A stretch of DNA of 64,000 nucleotides from a virus. The notes below the pieces were generated by a model. It did not search any database. It saw only the letters and a list, made by a program, of their open reading frames with translations, and was not told where the DNA came from. Positions within the stretch are counted from its first letter, which is position 1; each line of letters begins with the position of its first letter. The translations under genes were made by a program, and so were the position numbers. Of this stretch, positions 29,064-39,088 are shown one piece after another. The stretch lies in the IMG/VR virus record IMGVR_UViG_3300025015_000003; one strand, given 5' to 3'.

Positions 29064-30511
29064 TTTTCAAACGTAAACCTCGTGACTATCAGCTTGAAGA
29101 TTTTGAACGGTCAAAAGACCTTATCAACTTCGCCTTTTTGTATGAGATGGGATTAGGGAAGTCAAAAGTAATCGATGACACTACCTTGCACTTATACAGT
29201 AAAGGTATGATCAATGCTGTTGGGATCATTGCCCCGAAAGGTATTCATGCAAAATGGGCCAAGGAAGACTTTCCTAACGACTTTCCTGATGATATTGACT
29301 ACCGCGTAGGCGTCTGGCGCTCTGGCAATCAGAAGTCAATTGATGAATGCGAGAACTTGTTTGTTCCTGGAGAGCGACTTCGTGTTCTATGTATGAACAT
29401 TGAGGCACTGAGTCAAGACAAAGGTCCTGCTGAGAAGTTCTTATTGCGCTTTCTACAAGCAACCGATTGTATGCTGGTCGTTGATGAGTCAGATACCATC
29501 AAGAATCCAGATGCCAAACGAACAAAGCGCCTTCTGAAGTTGGGTGACAAAGCCAGTTACAAGCGAATATTGACAGGTACACCGATCAACAACTCGGTGT
29601 TTGACCTGTATTCGCAAATGACCTTCCTTGATACTGACATCTTTGGGCAGTCGTTTACGAGCTTCAAGCACACTTACGCAGAGATTCTTCCTCCGACGCA
29701 TCCTACTATGTTGGCAATCATGCGGAAAGGTGCGCGTTTTGCCCCGGTTTTGGTTGACAAAGATGCTGACGGTCGGCCGAAGTGGAAGAATCTTGATAAG
29801 TTGAAAGAAGTTATGAAGCCGTATGTCGCAATACGGCTCAAGAAAGACCATTCAGATCTACCTGACAAGGTTTATCAATCAATCTATTACGATCTTGAGA
29901 AGAAGCAGCGCAAGATTTATGATGAACTAAAGCTAAAAGCAAAGGTCGCACTTGAAGATGACACGGTGACTGTCCTGCATAAGATGACATTGATCATGCG
30001 TTTGCAGCAAGTTTTGTCTGGTTATCTTCCTGGAGACACAACCGAAGGATTGACCTATCTGTTCAAAGATCCAAAAGACAATCCGCGCATTGAAGCGTTG
30101 ATGACGTTACTGGAAACGGTTAATGGTCAAGTCATCATTTGGTGCCGCTTTGTTGATGACATCAAGCAAATCGCCAGTGTGTTGGGTGAAGAATGTGTGA
30201 CTTACTATGGTGAAACAAAGAACCGTGAAGAAAAGATTGAATTATTCAAAACAGGTAAAGTTCGATATCTTGTTGCGATGACTTCAGTTGGTGGTATCGG
30301 CCTTAATTTGACAAACAGTTCTACGGCGATTTACTATTCTAAGGACTTTAGCTACAGAACGCACGCACAGTCTGAAGATAGACAGCATCGTTTGGGTCAA
30401 ACTGAAACAGTAACCTGTATTGATCTGATTGCCAACGACACAATCGATGAATATATCACAAAGATCCTACGTGACAAGAAGGATATCAGTCATGAAATGA
30501 TGACGCTATAA
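29060..30511 (+). CDS. SNF2-family helicase/ATPase
   Basis: Walker A LYEMGLGKS, DEAH-like DESDTIKN, motif III LTGTPINNSV and C-terminal helicase domain motifs (QSEDRQHRLGQ). Confidence 0.75.
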   Translation: MIFKRKPRDYQLEDFERSKDLINFAFLYEMGLGKSKVIDDTTLHLYSKGMINAVGIIAPKGIHAKWAKEDFPNDFPDDIDYRVGVWRSGNQKSIDECENLFVPGERLRVLCMNIEALSQDKGPAEKFLLRFLQATDCMLVVDESDTIKNPDAKRTKRLLKLGDKASYKRILTGTPINNSVFDLYSQMTFLDTDIFGQSFTSFKHTYAEILPPTHPTMLAIMRKGARFAPVLVDKDADGRPKWKNLDKLKEVMKPYVAIRLKKDHSDLPDKVYQSIYYDLEKKQRKIYDELKLKAKVALEDDTVTVLHKMTLIMRLQQVLSGYLPGDTTEGLTYLFKDPKDNPRIEALMTLLETVNGQVIIWCRFVDDIKQIASVLGEECVTYYGETKNREEKIELFKTGKVRYLVAMTSVGGIGLNLTNSSTAIYYSKDFSYRTHAQSEDRQHRLGQTETVTCIDLIANDTIDEYITKILRDKKDISHEMMTL

Positions 30512-30579
30512 CGCCGCTTGCATTGACCTGCCATAAACGGTACACTTGCTGCACTTACTAAATTGCTATAGGTTATAAA

Positions 30580-30927
30580 GTGTCCAAAGTTTTCGTTGTA
30601 ACTGAACCCATTACCTACAGAGACGGTAATCCGGTTCCGTTGTTTGATATCACGCCAGCGGCTGAATATGGCGAGATTGAAGTTTTGACTCGTCATAATC
30701 AGTCAATGATGTTCAGTGTTCCGATGATTAGAAGTTTGCGTGACAAGTTGAAGGATTTCAATGACAACGATTTCATTCTTCCTGTCGGTGACCCAATAAC
30801 CATCGGCGCAGTCTGTGCGGTCGTTGCAGACATTAATGGTGGGTTTTATAAGGTGCTCAAGTGGGATAAGAGAACTCGGAAATATCTTCCCATTGAGATT
30901 CAAGTGTGGGGTAATCAACTTTCATAG
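30580..30927 (+). CDS. hypothetical protein (GTG start)
   Basis: 115 aa. Upstream TATAGG-N7 context. Confidence 0.4.
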   Translation: MSKVFVVTEPITYRDGNPVPLFDITPAAEYGEIEVLTRHNQSMMFSVPMIRSLRDKLKDFNDNDFILPVGDPITIGAVCAVVADINGGFYKVLKWDKRTRKYLPIEIQVWGNQLS

Positions 30928-30935
30928 GTGATATA

Positions 30936-31442
30936 ATGAGTGAAGTTACGTTGAAAGATCTAATTGTATCTGCAAAGTATCAGCAGGAACTTGAGTTAGA
31001 GATTCTTGAAACTGAAGAAGAGCTTAAAAATCTTAAGCAACATTTTCGGATTCAGCAAACAGAAATTGTTCCTGGAATGATGCAAGAACTAGGTATCAAC
31101 TCGTTTGAACTTGACAACGGTTACAAGGTCAGCATCAAGGATGAGTACTACGCCAAGATTTCTGACGCGTTTCAGTACGAATGTTTCGAGTGGTTACGCA
31201 AGAATGACCTTGATGGCATCATCAAGACTGCGGTGAGTCTTAGTTTCGGCAAGGGTGAAGATATACAGGCTCAAGAAGCGATTGATTGGATATGCGAACA
31301 CGGTATGACTCCTAACATAAAGTCAACCGTTCATCCGCAGACTTTGAAGGCTTTCGTTAAAGAACGTATGTCAGCGGGATTAGAACTTCCTGTTGACTTT
31401 TTCGGAGCTTCTGTAGTTAAAACAACGGTGATTTCGAAATAA
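30936..31442 (+). CDS. hypothetical protein
   Basis: 168 aa, acidic coiled-coil N-terminus. Confidence 0.45.
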   Translation: MSEVTLKDLIVSAKYQQELELEILETEEELKNLKQHFRIQQTEIVPGMMQELGINSFELDNGYKVSIKDEYYAKISDAFQYECFEWLRKNDLDGIIKTAVSLSFGKGEDIQAQEAIDWICEHGMTPNIKSTVHPQTLKAFVKERMSAGLELPVDFFGASVVKTTVISK

Positions 31443-31614
31443 GAGTACTCCGGGTTTGGCCTTTACAGGTAGAAGTACCGACACTGACAAGGCTCGGATA
31501 TACAGTGTCCCTAAGACGCCAAGGGTATAAGCGTGGCAGGCCGGAGAGACGGTCATTCTTCAAACTGTGGCAAGTTTGAAGTCTCTCCTAATTGCCAATC
31601 AAAAGGAGCCGATC

Positions 31615-32403
31615 ATGGCGAAAACCGAAGTTGCTGTAAAATCTGCTGAAAACACCGCTGTTGCGATTGCTGATGATGTCTATTCGCAAGATGCTGGAAG
31701 TGGTTTTGAGGAAACGTCGCAAGAAAGTTATGCGATTCCGTTCCTGAGTATCCTTCAGTCCGGTAGCCCGCAAGTCAAGAAGTCTGATGGGGCGTATATC
31801 AAGGGTGCTGAAGAAGGTATGCTCTTTAACTCTGTCACCCAAGAATGTTATGGTGAAGAAGGCGTTGAAGTCATCCCCTGTCATTATACGCAACGCTTCA
31901 TTGAATGGGGTACGCGTGAATCCGGTGGCGGTTTCTTTGGTGAGCACCTGCCGTCTGATCCGATTTGCAGCACCACGACTCGTGACGACAAAGGTCGCAA
32001 CCTGTTGCCGAACGGTCATGCGCTCAATGACACGCGCAATCACTATGTCCTCATCCGCCGCAACGGACAACTTTCTCCGGCCATCATGAGCTTGAGTTCC
32101 ACCCAGATCAAAGCGTCCAAACAGTGGATGTCAATGATGCAGGGTATCAAGCAAAAGAACCCTGCGAATGGTATGTTTGAGATCGCCCCGATGTTCAGCC
32201 ATGCGTACAAGGTCAGCACCGTTGCACAGTCTAATGACAAGGGTTCTTGGTTCGGTTACAAGTTCACTATGGTCGGTAAGGTGACTGACACGGCGGAGTA
32301 TGAGGAAGCCAAATCGTTCAATCATGTTGTCAAGTCTGGTCTGGCAAAGGTCGAACGCAAGATGGAAACTGAGGCTGCGAGTAACGAGAAGGAGAAATTT
32401 TGA
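31615..32403 (+). CDS. hypothetical protein, possible ssDNA-binding/annealing protein
   Basis: ATG 31615 follows an AAGGAG SD. The track ORF starts earlier at GTG 31567, inside a hairpin. Acidic C-terminus ending in Phe (…ASNEKEKF) is reminiscent of gp2.5-type SSBs. Weak. Confidence 0.3.
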   Translation: MAKTEVAVKSAENTAVAIADDVYSQDAGSGFEETSQESYAIPFLSILQSGSPQVKKSDGAYIKGAEEGMLFNSVTQECYGEEGVEVIPCHYTQRFIEWGTRESGGGFFGEHLPSDPICSTTTRDDKGRNLLPNGHALNDTRNHYVLIRRNGQLSPAIMSLSSTQIKASKQWMSMMQGIKQKNPANGMFEIAPMFSHAYKVSTVAQSNDKGSWFGYKFTMVGKVTDTAEYEEAKSFNHVVKSGLAKVERKMETEAASNEKEKF

Positions 32404-32667
32404 TCGTGTTTAAGGGTTAGAGGTTCACTAACCTCCGAATGGGTGCAAGGCCCGTACGATCAATGGAGAGTTTGACAGACTTAAATCAGGATAGTGACCA
32501 GAGGCGTTGCAAAGCCAAAGAGAGGGTACTGATTATAAAGGTGAAAATTCGGACGTCCTCTTTCTGTCATGAGCGATCTCTCCACCAACATCGGTCTGGG
32601 CTAATCAACTAGCATCAACACAGACGCCGCATAATCGTAAGCGGCACGAATTCTAAAGGAGAATACG

Positions 32668-32838
32668 ATGATCAAAGGTGAATTTGATTTTGAAACGTGG
32701 TTTGACAATCTTGCAATGATGGTGTTGGATAAATCTGGAGTTGAATTCCGTGATGAAGAATCTGTGCGAGGTGATTACGAAGCTGGGAAGAACTGCGCCG
32801 ATGTAGCTGATGAGATTGCTGCTGAATACGGCGAATAA
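32668..32838 (+). CDS. small acidic protein
   Basis: 56-aa ORF MIKGEFDFETWFDNL... with an AAAGGAGAA SD. Confidence 0.35.
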   Translation: MIKGEFDFETWFDNLAMMVLDKSGVEFRDEESVRGDYEAGKNCADVADEIAAEYGE

Positions 32839-32997
32839 TCGTAACCTCACTAACCTTCGAGCGGGTGAGAAGCCCGTTTTCTTTGGTCTAATGAACTAAA
32901 GGTTTGTTTACAGAGGTAAAGTTGCGTTCACGGTAGGGCTGGCGTAGCATTAAAACCCGCCCGCACATAACAGGGTACATAGAATAAAAGGCACAGT

Positions 32998-34503
32998 ATG
33001 AGTCTTGCAGAACGCTTCTTTTCATTGTATGGCGGTTTGGACAGAGCAAGAGGTAAGAATAAAACAACTGCAAAAGTTGGTAAGAATGGTAAACGTGATT
33101 CATCTAATCAGACCTTACGCGAACCTTATGACGTCAGGTGTTGGGATCGTCACCTTAATGGTGAAGAAGGTCTTGGTGTCATTCCAATTACAGATAATGC
33201 GACCTGTAATTGGGGCGCAATTGACGTTGACATTTACCCACTTGATCTGGTTGAACTTGAAGCCAAGGTCAATGGGCTTGAATTACCGTTCGTTGTGCTC
33301 CGTACCAAGTCAGGTGGAGCACATCTTACAGCATATTTCAAAGAGTTCCAATCGTGTGCTGAAGTACGGGCAAAGATGGCCGAGGCCAGTTTTGCTCTAG
33401 GACTTGGTGAACGTGAGTTTTATCCCAAGCAAGTCAAACTAGCCAACTCAAGCGACATTGGAAACTGGCTCAACATGCCATACTTTCAAGGTGCGTTGAC
33501 AGAACGTTATGCAATCATTGACGGTAAACCTGCAACACTTGAACAGTTCCTTGACTACGCAGATTCTATTCGTTTAGATGCAGTAATTGATTTTGAAGTA
33601 CCAGAAACAACTTCAGAGTTTTCAGACGGTCCACCTTGCTTGCAAGCGATTACAAGTTCCAAAGCAGGTGAAGGTGAGCGCAACACTGTTCTATTCAACA
33701 TTGGCGTCTATTGCCGCGCCAAGTACGAATCAAGTTGGGAAGATAAACTCAGCGAGTTCAATCATCAATTCGTATCACCTCCGCTCAACCATCGTGAAGT
33801 TACAGCGATTGTAAAGTCACTTGAGAAAAAGAATTATGCGTACACTTGTAACAACGTTCCTTTATGCAATAACTGTAATCGAGAGACGTGTAAGGGTAGA
33901 GATTATGGAATTCATGCTTTTCAGCATATTGATGTTGGCATCGCACTAGACAGCATTACAAAGATGAACTCAGAGCCACCGATGTGGATTCTATCCATCG
34001 AAGGGGTGCGTACTGAAGTTGAAACAGAAGACATATTGTCGCAAGAACGTTTCAAGATCGTTTGCGTCAACACTATAAACAAGATCCCAGGAAAGATGAA
34101 GAATGAAGAATGGGACAAGTTTATGCGGAACAAGTTGTCAGCTATAGAGATTATAGAAGTGCCGCGAGAAACGCGCATGAATGATCGTATTACCGATCAT
34201 TTGACACGTTACTTTGCAACGACTCCACCTGCAAGAGTTCCAACAGACATCAACATTGGTCGTTGGGTAGATGAACCAGACGGTTATTATACCCGAGGTT
34301 CTGACTTCATGGATTACCTGAAACGACAGAACATTGAATTTGACCCTCGTAAGGTCTGGGTGGTGATGATGGACTTAGGTGTTAAACCGATCTATTATAG
34401 GAAAAACGAATGTTGGATTGTACCAAAAGAAGTGTATGACCCGAGCGGCAAAGAGAAGAAGTTACCGTTACCTCCAAAGGATATAAAGCATGAGGATTTC
34501 TGA
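32998..34503 (+). CDS. DNA primase, prim-pol (AEP) domain with PriCT-like zinc region
   Basis: Prim-pol catalytic motif KSGGAHLTAYF (sGxGxH), acidic DxD (AIDVDIYP). Downstream Cys-rich PriCT-like segment (CLQAITSSKAGEGERNTVLFNIGVYC). Confidence 0.65.
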   Translation: MSLAERFFSLYGGLDRARGKNKTTAKVGKNGKRDSSNQTLREPYDVRCWDRHLNGEEGLGVIPITDNATCNWGAIDVDIYPLDLVELEAKVNGLELPFVVLRTKSGGAHLTAYFKEFQSCAEVRAKMAEASFALGLGEREFYPKQVKLANSSDIGNWLNMPYFQGALTERYAIIDGKPATLEQFLDYADSIRLDAVIDFEVPETTSEFSDGPPCLQAITSSKAGEGERNTVLFNIGVYCRAKYESSWEDKLSEFNHQFVSPPLNHREVTAIVKSLEKKNYAYTCNNVPLCNNCNRETCKGRDYGIHAFQHIDVGIALDSITKMNSEPPMWILSIEGVRTEVETEDILSQERFKIVCVNTINKIPGKMKNEEWDKFMRNKLSAIEIIEVPRETRMNDRITDHLTRYFATTPPARVPTDINIGRWVDEPDGYYTRGSDFMDYLKRQNIEFDPRKVWVVMMDLGVKPIYYRKNECWIVPKEVYDPSGKEKKLPLPPKDIKHEDF

Positions 34504-36838
34504 TAATCAGTCGTTAATACTGGGTCCTCCAGGATGCGGCAAAACGACGAAGGTGTTAAGCGAGATTGACGCGTTATTGCAAGCGGGCGAATCACCTGAC
34601 CGAATAGCGTTTGTCAGCTTTACAAAGAAGGCGATTGCAGAGGCAACGGGAAGAGCGGGTGAAAAGTTCAATCTCAAGCCGCGTCAGTTACCGATGTTCA
34701 AAACGGTTCATGCGATGTGTTTCGCTGGACTCGGTATAGGTAAGAGTGATGTTGTTGGTAAGGAACACTATAGGGAACTTGGAGAATGGTTGGGTTATCG
34801 GTTTGAAGGTACGTGGGATGAGTCTGAAGGTGTGCCTGTCGGTAGTGAAAAAGGCGACACTCTCCTGTTTCTTGACAACCTTGCTCGCGTGCAACAACGC
34901 CCACTAAAGGAAGTGTGGGAAGAGAATTATCACGAGTGTAAGTGGGAAGAACTAGAGCGCTTCCAAGAAGGTTATCAAGACTTCAAGTCCAGTAAGTACG
35001 TAATGGACTTCACTGACATGTTGTCGGCTTATATTGCCATGTGCGACCCTTCTCCGGCGCGGCAAGTAATTGTTGATGAAGCGCAGGATTTGTCGTCACT
35101 CCAGTGGTCTGTTTTGAAACATGCTTACGGCAATGTTCGGCAAACGATAATTGCAGGTGACGACGATCAGTGCCAACCTGCTGGAACAATGATAAACACG
35201 ACAAAAGGGGTTAAGCCAATAGAACTCCTGGATCCTAGTTCTGACGAGTTACTGACTTATGCTCAATGTGATTCTATGGTGTACGGCCTTAGGAACGGAG
35301 GATACCTTTTTGAAAAATCTGTTAGAAACTACACTGGGAAACTAACAGTAGTTGAAGCAGGTGAATTGAAATCGAAATATACCGCGAACCACAAGTGTTT
35401 GATAAAGTGGAATACGGAACGTTCGGAAGAAAAGAAGCATGTTGTGTATCTTATGGGTAAAAATGACAACTATCGTATCGGAAGATGTGAACTCTGGCAC
35501 GGTAACGGTCTCAAACTCAATATAAGAACCAACGTGGAACGCGCTCATTCCGCTTGGATACTTCGAGTATGTAATTCAGCTGATGAAGCTAGAATATATG
35601 AACAGGTTTATTCTGCAAAGTATGGTCTCCCACAGATTTGCTTTGAAGGAACATATTCAAAAGAAGTTTCTGATTCAGTATTCAATTTGATAGACACGAA
35701 AGCAAACGCACTGGCGTTGTTAAAAGACTTTGATCTAGACATACGTCACCCTTTGGTAGATAAACTTTACAACCCTTATTCAAAATCTGGTGCTCAGATA
35801 ATGGAGATAAAGGCGTGTAATCTTATATCAGACATAATGTGTGTTCCTATCTATGAAAACAGTTCTAGAGTCAAAACATGGTTTCCGATAAAGGTTGTTA
35901 AAGAGTCGGTTGTGAATACTCCTGTCTATAGCCTTGATGTTGAAAAGTATCACACATATATTGCTGATGGGATCATAACTCATAATTCTATCTATAAATG
36001 GAGTGGGGCCGATGTCAACGCGTTTCTCGCACTAGAAGGTGATAAAACGGTTCTAAGTAAGTCGTACCGTTTACCGCGTTCTGTTCATGAGATTGCCAAC
36101 GGAATTGTTCAGAAGATTGAGAACCGTTTTGATAAGCCGTTTGACCCGCGTGATTCAGATGGTGAGGTCAACTTCATGACTTCACTTGAAGATGTCGCTG
36201 TCGGTGAGGAAAGTACGTTGTTCCTTGTTCGCAACACTTACCTCGCAAGGAAGATACAAGACTACATGCACCGGATGGGAATTCCTTATACAAACAAATA
36301 TGGATTCTCTTCAGTGCGTTCGGCACATATCAAAGCAATTGAAGGTGTTGAGAAGTTGCGTAAGGCTGAGCCGGCAACAGGTGCAGAAGTCAAGGCGATG
36401 TACGACAATATGCGAATTGGTGAATACCTAGCTCGTGGCTTTAAGGTCAAGGTTGCCAATCTAAAAGATACTGATCTATTTAGTTTTGCAGAATTGCGAA
36501 ACAATTTTGGCCTATTGGACGTTGCGCCCTGGTACACTTTGCTTAACGGTATTGGGGACGACCTTATTACGTATTACCAGCGCCTCGGAGCAAACGGGTA
36601 TGGCCTAACGGCCACGCCAAAATGCTCTATTAGCACGATACATGCGGCGAAAGGTGGTGAAGCAGACCATGTTGTCTTGTTAAGCGACATGGCTTATAGG
36701 TCTCATCAGGAGTATGTGAAGCAACCAGACAACGAACGTCGCGTTGCTTATGTTGGTGTCACAAGGGCAAAGGAAAAACTGACCATCGTTCTTCCTTCTT
36801 CAAAACTTTTCTACGACTACTATGGAGAGAGTCAATGA
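34490..36838 (+). CDS. SF1 (UvrD/PcrA-like) DNA helicase interrupted by an intein
   Basis: Walker A GPPGCGKT, motif II VIVDEAQD. Helicase motif GDDDQ | SIYKWSGAD is split by a 272-aa insertion beginning with Cys and ending HN. Confidence 0.75.
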   Translation: MRISDNQSLILGPPGCGKTTKVLSEIDALLQAGESPDRIAFVSFTKKAIAEATGRAGEKFNLKPRQLPMFKTVHAMCFAGLGIGKSDVVGKEHYRELGEWLGYRFEGTWDESEGVPVGSEKGDTLLFLDNLARVQQRPLKEVWEENYHECKWEELERFQEGYQDFKSSKYVMDFTDMLSAYIAMCDPSPARQVIVDEAQDLSSLQWSVLKHAYGNVRQTIIAGDDDQCQPAGTMINTTKGVKPIELLDPSSDELLTYAQCDSMVYGLRNGGYLFEKSVRNYTGKLTVVEAGELKSKYTANHKCLIKWNTERSEEKKHVVYLMGKNDNYRIGRCELWHGNGLKLNIRTNVERAHSAWILRVCNSADEARIYEQVYSAKYGLPQICFEGTYSKEVSDSVFNLIDTKANALALLKDFDLDIRHPLVDKLYNPYSKSGAQIMEIKACNLISDIMCVPIYENSSRVKTWFPIKVVKESVVNTPVYSLDVEKYHTYIADGIITHNSIYKWSGADVNAFLALEGDKTVLSKSYRLPRSVHEIANGIVQKIENRFDKPFDPRDSDGEVNFMTSLEDVAVGEESTLFLVRNTYLARKIQDYMHRMGIPYTNKYGFSSVRSAHIKAIEGVEKLRKAEPATGAEVKAMYDNMRIGEYLARGFKVKVANLKDTDLFSFAELRNNFGLLDVAPWYTLLNGIGDDLITYYQRLGANGYGLTATPKCSISTIHAAKGGEADHVVLLSDMAYRSHQEYVKQPDNERRVAYVGVTRAKEKLTIVLPSSKLFYDYYGESQ
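35171..35986 (+). mobile_element. intein (272 aa) inserted in helicase motif GDxxQ-SIY
   Basis: Begins with Cys right after GDDDQ, has block-B-like TANH ~65 aa in, and ends ...GIITHN followed by Ser (+1 nucleophile). Removing it restores the canonical GDDDQSIYKWSGA motif. Confidence 0.7.
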
Positions 36839-37005
36839 GAAAGCAGAAGATAAACTTTCCTTCAGTAAAAGAAATACCTAGAGAAATTGTAAAGATCGGA
36901 GAGCGTATAGTTAAAATTCCAGATGCTGAAAAGTACGTCAAAACGTTCGATATAATGAATTGTTTGAAACGTGGTGGAACTGTTATTAACGGAAAGAGGG
37001 TATAG
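36835..37005 (+). CDS. small hypothetical protein
   Basis: 56 aa, ATGA overlap with the helicase stop. Confidence 0.3.
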   Translation: MRKQKINFPSVKEIPREIVKIGERIVKIPDAEKYVKTFDIMNCLKRGGTVINGKRV

Positions 37006-37007
37006 AG

Positions 37008-37544
37008 ATGAACAATATAATGCTTGACCTTGAAACGTTAGGTACTGGAAATAACGCTGTCATTATTTCAATCGGCGCGGTTTTGTTTGACAAAGATGGC
37101 ATGTCAAATGAAACATTCTATAAACGTGTTGACCCGCAATCATGTGTTGATGTCGGTATGGAAATTTCAGTGTCGACTGTCATGTGGTGGATGAAGCAGA
37201 GCGACGCAGCGCGAGCGGAGTTCGACAAACCTGCTGTCTCTATTCAACAAGCAGTGTTATCATTCTCCCTTTGGCTTAGGGAACATTCGCCAAATTTTGA
37301 AGATCGTAAAGTCTGGGGTAACGGTGCGACGTTTGATAACGTGATACTTGACAACGCTTACAGATTGTGTAAACTTGAAAAACCTTGGCCTTATTGGGGA
37401 GACGCATGTTACCACACGTTGAAGAACCTGTTTCCTGAAGTAAAGATGGAACGTACCGGAACATTTCACAACGCCCTTGACGATGCACGTAGTCAAGCTC
37501 TTCATTGTATCCGCTTGCTTAAAGCGGCAGGAGTATGGAAATGA
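37008..37544 (+). CDS. DEDDh 3'-5' exonuclease (DnaQ-like)
   Basis: Exo I LDLETLG, Exo II WGNGATFD, Exo III HNALDDA. Confidence 0.75.
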   Translation: MNNIMLDLETLGTGNNAVIISIGAVLFDKDGMSNETFYKRVDPQSCVDVGMEISVSTVMWWMKQSDAARAEFDKPAVSIQQAVLSFSLWLREHSPNFEDRKVWGNGATFDNVILDNAYRLCKLEKPWPYWGDACYHTLKNLFPEVKMERTGTFHNALDDARSQALHCIRLLKAAGVWK

Positions 37545-37717
37545 ATTTTCTTCGGAAGTTGTTAGGAGGCAGACCGATGCGATTTTTTAAGTTTGAATTC
37601 ACAGATATCTGTACAGGTAATAGGGTAAACAAATATGTAGATACCCTTGGTCGTTATTGGTTAGCTGAATCTAGATGGTCTTTATTTAGAGTAGAAACGA
37701 GGAAACATCATGACTGA
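37535..37717 (+). CDS. small hypothetical protein
   Basis: 60 aa. Confidence 0.3.
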   Translation: MEMNFLRKLLGGRPMRFFKFEFTDICTGNRVNKYVDTLGRYWLAESRWSLFRVETRKHHD

Positions 37718-38564
37718 AATGGAAGAACTCTTCGTTTACTGGGTAAAAGAACGTGAAGCAATCCGTGTCAAGAAAGAAGCAGGTGCGCCGAAACCTTGGA
37801 CCGATGATCCTATTTTCCAGACTTACAAATTCACAAACGTAAGGCGTGAAGACGATACAGTCAGCAAATGGATCACTGAGAACTGGATTAAGCCAAACGA
37901 CCCGCATCCGAATATGTGGTTTGTGATGATCGTTGCACGTTTGTTCAATTGGCCTCCGACACTTGAAGAGATTTGTTTCCCGCAAACAACCTTTCCTGAA
38001 CTTAAAGAAAAGTGGCGGCGCAATCTCAAAGGTCTGCGTGATGATCAAGGTGCAAAAATATTCACCGGCGCTTACCTTGTTTCAACCAATGGCGTTAAGA
38101 TGGACAAGATTGATTACATTCTTGACCGCGTATTGACACCGATCTGGGAACGTGGGCGTGCGCCGTTTGTAAGAGAAGGGATCATCGAACAAGAATCGCT
38201 CGAAAGTTACTGGAACAACCTACGCCAATTCGACGGCCTCGGTAGTTTTATGGCAGGACAAGTGATTGCAGACTTGAAGTTCACTTCTGATCTCAAAGAC
38301 GCCACCGACTGGTGGACCTGGGCACCATTAGGACCAGGAAGTATTCGTGGGTTGAATCGTATCCATGGTCGGCCCCTTGATAAAGGTTTACGCCAAGATC
38401 AAGGATTAAAGGAAATGTTGGTGTTGCAAGAACTGTTGATTGAACAACTCGATTGGAAACTCCCTGTACACAATGTCCAAAATTCATGCTGCGAGTTCGA
38501 CAAGATGATACGTGTTAAGAATGGTGAAGGTCGTCCTCGTTCACTTTACCCAGGAGTCAAATAA
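37710..38564 (+). CDS. hypothetical protein (Trp-rich, no P-loop)
   Basis: 284 aa, no recognisable catalytic motif. Its position just upstream of the ThyA-family gene makes it a candidate partner enzyme. Confidence 0.45.
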   Translation: MTEMEELFVYWVKEREAIRVKKEAGAPKPWTDDPIFQTYKFTNVRREDDTVSKWITENWIKPNDPHPNMWFVMIVARLFNWPPTLEEICFPQTTFPELKEKWRRNLKGLRDDQGAKIFTGAYLVSTNGVKMDKIDYILDRVLTPIWERGRAPFVREGIIEQESLESYWNNLRQFDGLGSFMAGQVIADLKFTSDLKDATDWWTWAPLGPGSIRGLNRIHGRPLDKGLRQDQGLKEMLVLQELLIEQLDWKLPVHNVQNSCCEFDKMIRVKNGEGRPRSLYPGVK

Positions 38565-38902
38565 TGACAATGAAGATCAAAGTTTGCGGCCTGCCGTTTG
38601 ATGTTTCATTTGCCAACGGCGGACATGCTGTCAGTCATACCAACGAACGCGGACATCTTTATGGTGAAGTATCTTACGACAAAGAATCAATTCGTATTGA
38701 CAACACCAAGTCGTTAGAGATGATGAACCGGACGTTTTGGCACGAAGTCATGCACGTGATTGTCGAACGCTTGCAAGTGCGTGAGTTGATGGATGAAGAT
38801 AACAATCATCTTGAGAAACCGATTGATCAGATCGCCCTCGGTATTTTCAGTGTTTTGAACAGCATCGAGAAAGATGTATTTGTCTACAGGGATGAAGCAT
38901 AG
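38564..38902 (+). CDS. small HExxH-motif protein
   Basis: 112 aa containing WHEVMH (HExxH zincin-like motif). Confidence 0.4.
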   Translation: MTMKIKVCGLPFDVSFANGGHAVSHTNERGHLYGEVSYDKESIRIDNTKSLEMMNRTFWHEVMHVIVERLQVRELMDEDNNHLEKPIDQIALGIFSVLNSIEKDVFVYRDEA

Positions 38903-39088
38903 ATGACTGAACTCAAACCTTGTCCTTTCTGCGGCGGAGAAGCTGAAATTGACGGTTATGTTAACGCAGGGACATATTTTGTCCAGTGTGTTGATCAATA
39001 TTTAACCTGTTTTCAACCAATAACTAATGCGTGTGTTGATGAAAAGTCAGCGATTGAAATGTGGAATAAAAGGAGTTACGAATGCTAG
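38903..39088 (+). CDS. Lar-like restriction-alleviation zinc-ribbon protein
   Basis: N-terminal LKPCPFCGGEAEI motif plus a second Cys pair. 61 aa. Confidence 0.5.
   Translation: MTELKPCPFCGGEAEIDGYVNAGTYFVQCVDQYLTCFQPITNACVDEKSAIEMWNKRSYEC

Noticed and set aside
31540-31590. Long nested hairpin GGAGAGAC...CTTCAAACT-gtggca-AGTTTGAAG...TCTCTCC possibly a tRNA or ncRNA
   Set aside because: No tRNA-like arms. It overlaps the GTG-extended start of gene 31615 and is more likely a 5'-UTR regulatory or processing hairpin. Mentioned in that feature only.
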